Assembly: GCA_965263285.1 (NCBI GenBank)
Contig: CBDHHD010000016.1
Span: 2,005,859 to 2,069,858, forward strand
DNA: 64,000 nucleotides
DNA from: Chitinophagaceae bacterium
GTDB taxonomy: Bacteria > Bacteroidota > Bacteroidia > Chitinophagales > Chitinophagaceae
Reading direction: 5' to 3'
The notes beneath the pieces are model-generated. The model had not been told where the DNA came from and did not search any database. It was given only the letters and a program-made list of their open reading frames with translations. Made by a program: the position numbers and the translations under genes. This document shows positions 25,201-40,200 of the stretch, piece by piece; the stretch's first letter is position 1; every line of letters starts with the position of its first letter.

Positions 25201-28200
25201 ATAGACATGATATTTTAAGAACGGGGTATAGGATGTTAGAAGATGGCAATATCTATGCCATGGTGCAAAAGCGAGTGGAGGTAAAGGGTAAGTTGTTTTT
25301 TGTTACCGATAGTATTGAAGAGGTTAGAAAGAAAGAGATAGCATTAGCATTTAATAGAGAGATAGCTGGTTTATATAGATTCTATATTATTGAACAGGCA
25401 GAAGGTTTTGTGTTATTTTTTAGTTTTCACCATGCCATTTTAGATGGGTATAGTTTAAACTTATTTATAAGGGAATTAGCTGATCTGTATCAGCATGATA
25501 ATGATAAGTTATATGAAGAAGAGCAATCAAAACTATTATATGGGGAATTTATAAGAAATGAGCTATCTGCATTAAAGAATGAAGATACAAGATTGTTTTG
25601 GCGGGAATATTTAGCGGAAAGTATATTATTGACTCCTCAATGGAATTTTAGTAAAAGCAACGGAATAAGTGTAGTAGCAGAACGACAACAGATAGAAGGA
25701 TTACGCTTAAGACAGATAGAAGATATAGCGAGTAAGTATAGCTGTACAGTTGAAGAGTTATTATTATTGTCTTATATGACTGTGTTGTCGTTATTTTTTA
25801 ATGAGCGAGATATTACAATAGGGTTGGAGAAACATAATCGTATAGAGAAAGAGGGAGGGGATAGGCAATTAGGATTATTTGTTACGATTTTACCTTTCAG
25901 GTATGAGCTAAGAGATAAGGAAGCATTAGGTACAGCATTAAGCAGATTAAGAGATAGTGTAAAAAAGATAGTGAATCATAAGCAATATCCTTATAATGAA
26001 ATCAAGCAACAATTAGGAGGCAGAGATTTGTTTGATATAGCGTATAGTTATAATGACTTTAGTCATTTTGTAGGGAATGAAAAGAGAACTCATATAAATG
26101 AGTTTTTAAATGAGGAGCTTAGCAACATAACAAGTATTCTTTTTATATGTAAAGTATATAAGTATAGTGGTGGATATGGGTTTGTTTTTAGTGGACACAG
26201 TAATAGTGTTGATCAAGCATATTTATCTTATTTTGTAAGATACTATAATAGTGTATTAGATCAATTATGTAAAGAAGAAAGGGTGGTTTTCAAATTGATG
26301 GATGAAGACTATCAGTATTTAGTGTATGATTACAATAAAACAGAAAAAGAATATCCTAAAGATAAAACCATACATCAGCTATTTGAAGAGCAAGTAGAAA
26401 GAACGCCGAATAATATAGCCGTGGTATTTGAGGAGAAGCAATTAACCTACCAAGAGTTGAATGACAAAGCTAATCAATTGGCAAATTATTTGCATCATAA
26501 TTATCAAACTAAAGCAGACGATATTATTTGTTTGTTATTAGAACGCAGCGAATGGATGATTATTGCCATCTTAGGAGTGCTTAAGAGTGGAGTAGCTTAT
26601 TGTCCTATTTCACCTGAGTATCCCGAAGAGAGGATTTTATTTATTTTACAAGACACGCAATCTAAGTGTTTAATTACAAATTGCAAATTGAAAATTGAAA
26701 ATGTTCAGTTTGTAATTCTTAATTTAACAGATGAACAATTTCTAAAAGAATTATATTCATTTACCATTAACCATTTACCATTTACCATTCACTCTCATGC
26801 TTTAGCATATATTATTTACACTTCAGGCACAACAGGTAATCCTAAGGGGGTGATGGTAGATCATAGTAATGTAGTGTCTTTAGTAAAGGGAGTAGATTAT
26901 GTTAAGCTTGATAGCCATTCCTTTACTATACAGTTGTCAAATATTTGTTTTGATGCTTTTACTTTTGAGTTGTGGGGTATTTTATTGAATGGAGGTAAGA
27001 TATATGTACCTAAAGATATAAAAAACATGCTGGAAGTACAGATATTTAAAAGTTATTGTGTAGAACATAATATTAATACACTATTGTTAACAAAAACATT
27101 ATTTGAAGTTTTGTATTTACAAGACAATACACTTTTTAAACATCTAACTTATTTATTGGTGGGAGGAGAGGCTCTTAATCCTATATTGATTCAACAATTG
27201 ATGTGTGCGAATGGTCCTCAATTTTTTATAAATGGATATGGTCCTACCGAAAACACAACTTTTAGTTTGACTTATACATGTAATAAAAATAATAAAAATC
27301 AGAATATACCTATTGGCAAGCCATTAAATAACAGAACTGCTTTTGTAGTTTCAAATGATAATACACTATTACCCATAGGGTCTATGGGTGAATTGTATCT
27401 TGGTGGTGATGGTTTATCTAGGGGATATTTGAATAGACCTGAATTGACTGCAGAACGATTTATTAAAAATCCTTTTCAAACAGAAGAAGAGAAGCAAAAA
27501 AACAGAAATAGCAAACTCTACAAAACAGGCGATTTAGTGCGAATGCTATCCGATGGCAATATTGAATATATAGGCAGGAATGATTTTCAAGTGAAGATAA
27601 GAAGCTATAGAATTGAATTAGGAGAGATAGAGAATAGGATTCAAGGATTTCAGGATTATAGGATTATAGAACAAGCTGTAGTATTGGTTAATGAGAAAGG
27701 AGATAATAAATACTTGGTGGGATATTTTGTTGCTAAGGAGCAAGTGGATGTAGAAGAATTAATAAGTTACCTATCTAAGCAATTGCCTGAATACATGGTG
27801 CCTACAGTACTGGTGCAAATAGAGCAAATGCCTTTAACGGTGAATGGCAAGTTGGATAGAAAGGCATTATTAGCCATAGAATATAACCTTACTGATAGCA
27901 AAGAATACAAAGTACCTAAAAATGAATTAGAGCAACAGCTACTATCTATTTGGGAGAAATTACTGGGCAATAATAACATAGGAGTACAAGATGATTTTTT
28001 TAAGGTAGGAGGTGACAGTATTAAATCTATTCGGCTGAGTACTAGGGTGAGAAGTGAATTAGGAAAAGAATTAAGTGTGAAGGATATTTTTGAACATAGA
28101 ACCATCGAAAGAATGGTAGTGCATGTATTGAGTAACCATCAAATTAAAGTGTATCTATCTGAACAAGGCAAACTATCAGGCGAGTTGTCCTTATTGCCGA

Positions 28201-31200
28201 TACAACAATATTTTTTTGAATTAAAACTAACGAATGAGCATCATTATAATCAATCTTTTTTAATAGAGACTCCAGAATTAGAAATAGAAAAATTGAAGAT
28301 AGCGATAGAAAAAGTTGTTGAACAGCATGATGCATTTAGACTTGCCTATAGAAAAGATGCAGAAGGAAATATTATTCAATATTATGATAGTAAGAAAGAG
28401 GTTATGATGTTAGAAATACTTGATATTCGCGAATGGAATGAGCAAGAGGGTACTAGTGTATTTGAAGAGAAATTAAAAAAGCAATATACGAGTTGGCAAG
28501 ATGGTTTTAACATCTACGAAGGGAAAACCTATCAGATATCTTATATATGGGGATATGAAAATAAGATAGCGAGAATATTTATTGCTGCACACCATCTTAT
28601 TATTGATGCGGTGAGTTGGCGTATTTTGTTGGAAGATATAGAAATAGTGTATACAGGCAAGAAGCTATTAGCTAAACGAACGAGCTATCGCCAATGGGCA
28701 AATTTGGGGAAAGAGTACATAATAAAATATCCCAATGAGTTGACCTATTGGGAAGGGATAGAGAATAAAGTCCAAGAAAATATAATAAAACTCTTATCAA
28801 AGACTACTATACAAGAAGAGGATTATATTACAACTATTGCAATAGATAGAGATATAACTAGTTATTTGTTATTATCTGCGAATCAAGTATTTCATACAGA
28901 GGTAAATGATTTGTTGTTAACTGCCTTAGCAAGAGCCTTAGGAAAGTTATTTAATGAGCAGGAAATATCTATTTTATTAGAAGGTCATGGGAGAGAGTCG
29001 TTACAAGATGATATAGATATTTCTAAGACAATGGGCTGGTTTACGAGTATTGTGCCTATCCATCTACCTATATATGATAATGTGCAAGAGTCAATTATTG
29101 AAGTAAAGGAGGAGTTGAGAAGAATCCCCAATAAAGGTATTGGCTATGGATTTATAAGAGGGTATAAGCATTTGCCAAAGATTAGCTTTAACTACTTGGG
29201 GGTATTTAAGAAAGAAGAGCAACAAGATTGGTTTTTAACAAATGAGTCAAGTGGGATGTCGGTATCTAATAAAAATAAAAGCAATCTTTGGTTAGATATC
29301 AATGGGGGAGTGTTTAAAAATGGTATTTTAGAATTTTCAATACGAGGAAGGCTGACTAAGGAATATATAGATAATCTTTCAATATATTTTAAGCAAGAAA
29401 TGATTGTTATTATTAATTATATTCAGTCAGTCAATAGATCTTATCTTACTACAAGTGATACGAATTATATAGTAAGCAAAGATTTGCTTAATAGATTGCA
29501 ACAAGAAAATGAGATACAAGCCATTTATGTAGCCAATAGTTTACAAGCAGGATTTATCTATCATTATTTGAGTAAGTCTGAAGGAGACGATGCGTATAAG
29601 GTTCAGTTATTATGGAAATATAAAAGCCAAGTGAATGAGGATTATTTTATTCAGTCATGGCAACAAGCCTTAGATCGTTATCCTGGGTTAAGAGTTCGGT
29701 TTAATTGGGAAGAAGAGATAGTGCAGATTATAGATAAGAAGGTAACATTAGATTATCGATTTAGAGATATTCAGCATAAGAGAAATAAAGAAAAAGCGAT
29801 AGAGGGTATTAGAATAGAAGATAGGAAAGAGGACTATGATTTAGCGAAGGGTAATTTATTAAGGGTTTATTTGATACAAGTAGATAAAGAAGAGTTTGTG
29901 GTTTTATATAGTAATCATCATGCGATAAGTGATGGATGGAGTAATCCTAATTTATTAAATTATATTCATGAGGTTTATAATAGTTTAATAAATCAAAATA
30001 CACCAGTTGAACTATTAGAGGATCAAGCCTATTTGAGGGCACAAGAATATTTGCAACTGCAAAGTAAAAAGGATATATATAGTAAATGGTGGGTAGATTA
30101 TCTATCTGGTGTAGAAAGAACGATAGATGTAAGGGGATTGAGAAAGCAAGAGGCGAATGGTATTAATTTGTTAGACTACAAATTTATTCAAGAACCCATA
30201 TCAAAAGGGGTTAAGATAAGAGATAAGGAATACAGAGCTTTGTCAAGTTTCATTAAACAAGAAGGATTTACCTGGAGTAATTTAATCATGTGGTGTTGGA
30301 GCAAGGCATTAAGTATATATGACAATAGACATGAGAACATTATTGGTATAACGCTTTCAGGCAGAGGGTTGCCAATTAATGATATAGAGCAATCGGTAGG
30401 TTTGTATATCAACACACTACCCTTGGTAGTGCGACATGATTCTAATGAGAGCATATTAAATATATTAAAGAATATTCAGAAAGATACGGAGCAATTGAAT
30501 CAGTTAACACATACTAATTTAAGTAGTTTACATAGCAATGCTTCAGATCGTTTATTTGCTACGATGGTAGTGTATGAGAATTATCCTATACCTACAAACA
30601 AAGATAATCAAGAAGCGAATACATTATTGCCTATATTTTTATCTTCAGTAGAAAAGACAGATTATCCATTGACTGTATTGGCTTATGAGAAAGATGATGT
30701 GCTTAGTGTAGAAATCAAATATGCGGGAGAGTTGTTTGAGGAGAAGCAAATAGAAAGGCTATTAAAATTAATGTCTTTGCTATTGCAACAAATCCCTATT
30801 TGTTACAATAAATTAGAACAAGAACTTATACTAATAGATAATGAAGAATACAATTATCTTGTATACGATTATAACAAAACAGAAAAAGAATACCCTAAAG
30901 ATAAAACTATACATCAGCTGTTTGAAGAGCAAGTAGCAAGAACACCGAATAACATAGCGGTGGTTTTTGATGATAAGCAATTAACTTATCATGAGTTAAA
31001 TAGTCAAGCCAATCAATTGGCAAATTATTTGTATCATAATTACAATACTAAAGCAGATGATATTATTTGTTTGTTGTTAGAACGAAGTGAATGGATGATT
31101 ATTGCTATTTTAGGAGTGCTTAAGAGCGGAGTTGCGTATTGTCCTATCTCACCCGAATATCCTAATGAGAGAATTTTATTTATTTTACAGGATATTCAAC

Positions 31201-34200
31201 CTAAGTGTTTAATTACAAATTGCAAATTGAAAATTGAAAATGTTCAGTTTCCAATTGTTAATGTAACAGATGAACAATTTCTAAAAGAATTATATTCATT
31301 TACCATTAACCATTTACCATTAACCATTAGTTCTCGTTCTTTAGCATATATTATCTATACTTCTGGTACAACGGGGAATCCTAAGGGAGTGATGATTGAA
31401 CATAGTTCAGTAATAAATCTTCAAATGGCACAGAGTAGAATATGGTTAGATTCTATAAAAGAAAATAAGACTTTTAGATTGTTATTATATGCCAACTATT
31501 CTTTTGACGCATTTGTTTTTGAATTATTTGCATCTATTTGTAATGGGCATACTTCTTATCTTATATCTTCAGATATACAACAAGACTTTTATTTATTAGC
31601 AAATTATATTCAAACTAATAATATAGTAATAGCCACTTTACCTCCAGCTATTTTACAAAAAGATGTTTTTTTGTCTCTTGATAAAATCATATTAGCAGGA
31701 GAATCACCCAATATAGATATAATAAAAAGATATTATGAACAAGAGATAGAAGTATTTAATGCGTATGGACCCACTGAAATTACAGTGTGCGCTACCATGC
31801 ATCATTATAGCATGGGTGATAACAATAATAATATAGGGAAGCCTATAGATAATAAGTCTATATATGTATTAAATAATAATCTACAGTTGTTACCCATAGG
31901 ATCTATTGGCGAATTATACATTGGAGGCGATGGAGTGGCAAGAGGATATTTGAATAGAGCTGAATTAACTGTAGAACGGTTTATAAAAAATCCTTTTCAA
32001 ACAGAAGAAGAAAAAAAGAAAAATAGAAATAGTAGGCTGTATAAAACAGGCGATTTAGTGCGAATGCTACCCGATGGCAATATTGAATATATAGGTAGAA
32101 ATGATTTTCAAGTGAAGATAAGGGGCTATAGAATTGAATTAGGGGAGATAGAGATTAGGATTCAAGGATTAAAGGATGAACAAGTTATTGAACAAGCTGT
32201 AGTATTGGTTAATGAGAAAGCGGATAATAAATATTTAGTGGTATATTTTGTGGCTAAGGAGCAAGTGGATGTAGAAGAATTAAGAAGTTATTTATCTAAG
32301 CAATTGCCTGAATATATGGTACCTACAGTATTGGTACAAATAGAACAAATGCCTTTAACGGTGAATGGTAAGTTAGATAGAAAAGCATTGTTAAATATTG
32401 AATATAAAATAATTGATGAGTCTATAGAACTGCCAAAGAACAATACGGAAGAACGATTGCTAAAGATATGGTCAAACTTATTGAAAATCTCAGAATCTGA
32501 GATAAGTGTAACGCAATCTTTTTTTAGATTAGGTGGGAATAGTTTGCTGTCTATTCGATTGGTTGGTCAATTGAATAGAGAGCTGCTAGTGCAACTAAGT
32601 GTAAAAGATATTTTTGCTTATCCTACTATTAGAGAGCTAGCGCATATCATTGAACAAAAAGATACGGGATTTGTATATCAAGATTATATGTTGACTGATA
32701 TAAAAAAGGAGGATTATAGTTTGTTTCTGTTAAATAATGTGCAACAAGCTTATTATATGGGGAGAATAGATTTGTTTGAGATAGGCAATATTTCTACAGG
32801 GGGCTATAGTGAGTTTGTTGTGGATGATTTATCCGTTGAAAATTTAGAAAAAGCTTTAAATCGTTTAGTGCTAAGACATGCGGGTTTGCGAACTGTTTTT
32901 ACTGATCAAGGTCAACAGATTTTACCAGCTGATAATTGTCATTATTCTATTCCTGTTAATAAAATAACGACAGAAGAAGCCTTGTTAGATATTAGGAACA
33001 GGCTATTAAATATGAAGGTAGATGTAGCAAGGTTTCCTATAATCGTTATAGAAGTGTCAGAGTATAAAGGTTCGTATGTTATTCATTTTATGTCTGATGC
33101 TATTATTATGGATGATAATAGTATGCGAATATTTTTTACTGAGTTGGTAAAGATTTATAATAATCTGGATATTGTATTGCCCACGCTGCATATTACATAT
33201 CATGAATATATTTTAGCGCTACAACGCATTCGTGATAGTAAATTGTTTGACAAAGCAAAAACATATTGGGAGACTAAGTTAGAGGATTATGATTTTAGCT
33301 GTAATCTTCCGATAGTAATAGAACCATCAATGGTTAAGCAGTCTACTACTAAAAGGGGTTTAAGGATAATAGAGAAAGAGACGTATGATATATTACAGGA
33401 GAAATTAGCTAAAATACAACTGAGTCCTACTTCGCTGTTATTGTCATTATATGGTAAGGTATTATGTCGTTGGTCAGGTCAAGATAAATTTAGTATTAAT
33501 TTGACTTTGTTTAATCGCTTGCCGTTACATAAAGAGGTGAATGATATATTGGGTGATTTTACAAATTTAGAGTTGTATAATTATGATGATGTAAAAAGTA
33601 GAGATATTGTAGAGCATTATTTAAAAGGAGTACAAAATGTTCTTTGGGATGATATAGAGAATAATCTATTTGATGGGATTGACTTTCAAAGATTGATAAG
33701 AGAGCGAAAACAATGGTCTATTTCCAAGGCTATAGCTCCGATTGTATTAACGAGTGTATTAGGATTTAAAGAAAAAAAAGAAGAAGGGGATGTTATTAAT
33801 TTGTTTGGGCGACAACATTATTCTATTTCAAGAACATCACAGGTTTGGATAGACAATGCGGTATATGAAGATGATAATGGCAATTTGATTCTTCGTTGGG
33901 ATTTTGTAGAGCAGTTATTTTTACCTGAAGTAATAGAGGGGATGTTGGATGAGTATGCTTATTTGATAAGGAAGATAGCAGCGATGGATATACAGAGGGA
34001 TAGATTAGAATTTTATAGATTGCCTGCTACTTATCAACATATTATTGAAAAATATAATGCTACTGCAGAAGAATATGATGTGAAGACAATTATAGACTTC
34101 TATGATAACTGTGTTATACAAGATGCATACAAGTGTAATGCTATTGCTGTGGTGGAAGGAGGGAATAATAAGCAAGCATATAAACATAGAGAAGTGGCTA

Positions 34201-37200
34201 TAGGATCTAAAAATATAGCTACTCATCTATATAAGTATTATAAAGAAGAACAAACTGTTGCTATTTTATCTGAGAAAGGCTATAATCAAGTAGTGAGTAG
34301 TCTTGGTATTATGCAATCGGGTAAAGCTTATATTCCTTTGAATATCCATTGGTCTGCGAGCAGGATACTTGAGATAATGGAGGAGAGCGGCACGAAGGTG
34401 TTATTGATTTCTAAAAAGGAATATGAGTATAAGAGACAATTGCAAGTATCAAATATAAGGCTATTGATTATTGAGGAATTATTAACAAAAGAGCGGGAGA
34501 AAAATATTCATTTGCCCATTGTATTGCTTTCAGATATAGCTTATATTATCTATACATCAGGTAGTACGGGTAAACCTAAGGGAGTGGCGATTAGCCATGA
34601 GAATATGATGAATACCATTGTGGCAGTGAATAATAGATATAAAGTTACAGAAAAGGATAGTGTATTGGCATTGTCTGAATTGAGTTTTGATTTATCTGTT
34701 TATGATATTTTTGGTTTGTTATTAGTGGGAGGGGGAATTGTTTTTGTGAATGATGAAGAGAGACAAGATCCTCATCATTGGTTATCGCTCATTGAAAAGC
34801 ATAAAATTACTTTATGGAATACAGTGCCTCAATTAGCCGAGTTATTGGTAGATGAGGCAAGGGCGAGAGAAATGAGATTGGATAGTATAAGACTATATCT
34901 GTTAAGTGGCGATTGGTTGCCTTTGCAATTACCTGATAAGATAAAACGGCAATCTAAAGATACACAAGTAATAAGTTTAGGAGGAGCAACGGAAGGGAGT
35001 ATTTGGTCAATATGGTATGAGATAGGGATAGTTGAAGGGCATTGGAAAAGCATTCCTTATGGATATCCCATGCCTAATCAGCAAATCTATATTTTAAATC
35101 ACGAATTGATTCATTCACCTGTTGGGGTTGAGGGAGATATTTATATAGGAGGCAAGGGAGTGGCGCAAGGATATTGGAATAATGAGGAGCAAACAGACAA
35201 ACAATTTAAAGAACATCATGAATTAGGGAAGATATATAAAACAGGAGATAGAGGTATTTTGCATGCAGAGGGATGGGTAGAGTTTAGAGGCAGAAAGGAT
35301 TTTCAAGTGAAGATAAGAGGGTACAGAGTGGAATTAGAGGAGATTGAAAATAAATTAAATAAATTAGAGGGAGTTAAACAATCGGCAGTGCAGTTGTTTA
35401 AAAAGAATAATAGTGAAGTGTTGGTAGGCTTTGTGGTTAGAGAGCAACTAATAACTAAAGGAGTAGATGAAAACTTTGATAAGGAAGTCTTTAAGTTAGA
35501 ACAAAGAGGAATAAGAAAGGGTTTAACAGATACCATAACCTTTAATGATAATGGTATTGATGAGGAGTTATATAGATTAACTAAGAGTTATAGGAATTTT
35601 GGAGATAGAGTTGTAGATACTTCATTGATAGACACTATTATTAGAGAAGCAAAACAGATTAAAGTAAAAACAAAAAATGTAGGAGATTCTTTGCTAACGA
35701 AAGACAAGATAGCAAGGGTTTTAACGAGATTACAGGGCAAGTCCTTATCAGACAAGATACTGCCAAAATATCTATATCCGTCTGGAGGTAGTGCATATCC
35801 AATAGAATGTTATGTAAGGGCTTCGGCATTAGGAATAAAAGGGATAGAGGAAGGTGTGTATTACTACCATCCTCTTAATAATGCACTTCAAAGAGTAGAG
35901 GATCATAGCAATAATAATCAAGATAGTATTGAGTTGATAGTGAATTGGTCGGCTATCAAGCCTTTATATGGTGATTTTGCGGATAAATTAGTATGGATAG
36001 AATTAGGACATATTTTGGAGTTGTTGTCTACCGAGTTAAATAGATTGGGTATTGCCTTTGATATTCAAATTAAGCAAGAAAACAGGGATGAATCTAAAAT
36101 GGTTTTAGCTGAGATAGTTTTAGGCGTTGATGGTAATCAAATAGAGCAATTGACAAGTGAATTGACCGCGTACTATGTGAGCAAGCGAGGGAATATATAT
36201 GAGGGTTTAATAGATTTAGATAAGTATAGTGTATTTGATAGAGCAATAGAACAAGCCAAGATATTAGAGAATGGCAAGGGTATGATTGTTGTAGAATGTG
36301 ATTCTCGTAGAGACAAGGCATGCCTTGTCTCTCAATGGATAGGTTCGGGTATAATGATTGAGAGGATAAAACAGCAATTATTGCGATATGATATAGGCGG
36401 TTGTCCTTTAGGCAGTGAGTTTGGAGAGAATGAATTGTATAGTATAGTAATAGGATATATTGCAAATGAGGAGAAGACGAAGGGAGAAAGCAAAGTGGCA
36501 GTGGATAAATTAAGTAAGGTGATAAATGATAGTGTAGGATTACCAGATTATATGTCATTGCAGGAGATAGTGTTTTTAGATAGTATGCCCTTGACGGCAA
36601 ATGGCAAGTTAGATAAGTCTCGTTTGCCTAAACCTGAAATAGAATGGCAATCGTATATAGCCCCTAATACCCAAGAGGAGCAAGAGATGGTGGAAATATG
36701 GAGTGAGATATTGAATATAGGTAAAAACAAGATAGGTATTGAGGATAGTTTTTTTAATTTGGGTGGTCATAGCATTACAGCGATACGACTGATTAGCAAG
36801 ATAAATAGTCGCTTTAATTTTGGATTGTCCTTTAAGGATTTATTTGAATATCCTACCATTAGAGGCCTGATAAAAAATAGTATAACATTAAAGCAAAGAG
36901 AGCAAGAAGGGGATTATATACCGTATCAATTAATAGATAGTAGTGTTGTTATTTCTAAAGAAGATTATGAGGATTGTTACCCAGCGGGGATGTTACAGTT
37001 AGGCATGTTTTTTGAACAGGAGAAATTAGGACATGGTACTTATCTTGCATTTCAGATACAATATTTTTCGGGAAAATGCAATAGAGAAAAATTAGAGAGA
37101 TGTCTTCAGACCATTATTAATAGACATGATATTTTAAGAACGGGGTATAGGATGTTAGAAGATGGCAATATCTATGTCATGGTGCAAAAGCGAGTGGAGG

Positions 37201-40200
37201 TAAAGGGTAAGTTGTTTTTTGTTACCGATAGTATTGAAGAGGTTAGAAAGAAAGAGATAGCATTAGCATTTAATAGAGAGATAGCTGGTTTATATAGATT
37301 CTATATTATTGAACATGCAGAAGTTTTTGTGTTATTTTTTAGTTTTCACCATGCTATTTTAGATGGGTATAGTTTAAATTTATTTATAAGGGAATTAGTT
37401 GATCTGTATCAGCATGATAATGATAAGCTATATGAAGAAGAGCAATCAAAACTATTATATGGGGAATTTATAAGAAATGAGCTATCGGCATTAAAGAATG
37501 AAGATACAAGATTGTTTTGGCAGGAATATTTAGCGGAAAGTATATTGTTGACTCCTCAATGGAATTTTAGTAAAAGCAATGGAATAAGTGTAGTAGCAGA
37601 ACGACAACAGATAGAAGGATTACGCTTAAGACAGATAGAAGATATAGCGAGTAAGTATAGCTGTACAGTTGAAGAGTTATTATTATTGTCTTATATGACT
37701 GTGTTGTCGTTATTTTTTAATGAGCGAGATATTACAATAGGGTTGGAGAAACATAATCGTATAGAGAAAGAGGGAGGGGATAGGCAATTAGGATTATTTG
37801 TTACGATGTTACCTTTCAGGTATGAGTTAAGAGATAAGGAAGCATTAGGTGCTGCATTAAGCAGATTAAGAGATAGTGTAAGAAAGGTAGTGAATCATAA
37901 GCAATATCCTTATAATGAAATCAAGCAACAATTAGGAGGCAGAGATTTGTTTGATATAGCGTATAGTTATAATGACTTTAGCCATTTTGTAGGGAATGAA
38001 AAGAGAACTCATATAAATGAGTTTTTAAATGAGGAGCTTAGCAACATAACAAGTATTCTTTTTATATGTAAAGTATATAAGTATAGTGGTGGATATGGGT
38101 TTGTTTTTAGTGGACACAGTAACAATATTGATCAAGCATATTTATCTTATTTTGTAAGATACTATAATAGTGTATTAGATCAATTATATAAAGAAGAAAG
38201 GGTAGTTTTTAAATTGATGGATGAAGACTATCAGTATTTAGTGTATGATTACAATAAAACAGAGAGAGAATATCCTAAAGATAAAACCATACATCAGCTA
38301 TTTGAGGAGCAAGTAGAAAGAACGCCGAATAATATAGCCGTGGTATTTGAGGAGAAGCAATTAACCTACCAAGAGTTGAATGACAAAGCTAATCAATTGG
38401 CAAATTATTTGCATCATAATTATCAAACTAAAGCAGATGATATTATTTGTTTGTTATTAGAACGCAGTGAATGGATGATTATTGCCATCTTAGGAGTGCT
38501 TAAGAGTGGAGCTGCTTATTGTCCTATCTCACCCGAATATTCCGAAGAGAGAATTTTATTTATTTTACAAGACACGCAACCTAAGTGTTTAATTACAAAT
38601 TGCAAATTGGAAATTGAACATGTTCAGTTTGTAATTGTTAATTTAACAAATGAACAATTTCTAAAAGAATTATATTTATTAACTATTAACCATTTATCAT
38701 TAACCATTAGCTCTCATTCCTTAGCTTATATTATTTATACCTCTGGAACAACGGGAAATCCTAAAGGAGTGATGATTGAACATGGAGGAGTTATAAATCT
38801 TATCTATGCTTTAGATAAGAGTCATTTTTGGCAAGATGAAGAAAGAATGCTTAATTTTTTCTCATATATTTTTGACCCATCAGTGGAGCAATTTTTTATA
38901 CCTCTTCTAAAAGGATTTACTCTTTTTATGATATCAGAAGAATTAATACAAGATGTAGATGGTTTAATTAGTTTTATAAATAAAAATGAAATTACACATT
39001 TTCACACGACACCTTCTTATTTTAATAGTTTGCCAATAGTGACATTGCCAACACTCAATAGATTGATTCTTGGAGGAGAGCGTGTAACAAATGAGATAAG
39101 AAATAAAGTATATAAAACAGTATTGGATAATACATTTTTTTTAAATGAGTATGGACCTACGGAGACTACTATTACTAGCCTCGTTTCTTCTTTAAATAAT
39201 ACAATAGACTTAAATATAGGATATCCCATATCGAATACTTGTATATATATATTAAATAAAGAGGATCTTTTATTACCACAAGGATCTATTGGCGAATTGT
39301 ATATTGGAGGTGATGGATTGGCAAGAGGGTATTTGAATAGAGCCGAACTAACGGAAGAAAAATTTATTAGTAATCCTTTTCAAACAGAAGAAGATAAAAA
39401 GAAAGATAGAAATAGCAAACTCTACAAGACAGGTGATTTGGTTAGAATGCTCCCCGATGGTAATATTGAATATATAGGGAGAAATGACTTTCAAGTGAAG
39501 ATAAGGGGTTACAGAATTGAATTGGGAGAGATAGAGAATAGGATTCAAGGATTTCAGACTAGGATTGAAGGATTTCAGGATTTTAGGATGATAGAACAAG
39601 CTGTCGTGTTGGTTAATAAGAAAGCAGAAAATAAATACTTAGTGGGGTATTTTGTGGCTAAGGAGCAAGTGGATGTAGAAGAATTAAGAAGTCATTTGTC
39701 TAAGCAATTGCCTGACTATATGGTGCCTACAGGGCTGGTGCAAATAGAGCGGATGCCTTTAACGGTGAATGGCAAATTGGATAGAAAGGCATTATTAGCC
39801 ATAGAATATAACCTTACTGATAGCAAAGAATATAAAGCCCCTAAAAATGAATTAGAACAACAGCTACTATCTATTTGGGAGAAATTACTGGGCAATAATA
39901 ACATAGGAGTACAAGATGATTTTTTTAGGGTAGGTGGAGATAGCATTAAATCTATTCAGTTGAGTAGCAGAGTGAGAAGTGAATTAGGAAAGGAATTAAG
40001 TGTGAAAGATGTTTTTGAACATAGAACCATTGAAAGAATGTTAGCGCATGTATTGAGTAACCATCAAATTAAAGTGTATCTATCTGAACAAGGCAAACTA
40101 TCAGGCGAGTTGTCCTTATTGCCGATACAACAATATTTTTTTGAATTAAAACTAACGAATGAACATCATTATAATCAATCTTTTTTAATAGAGACCCCAG

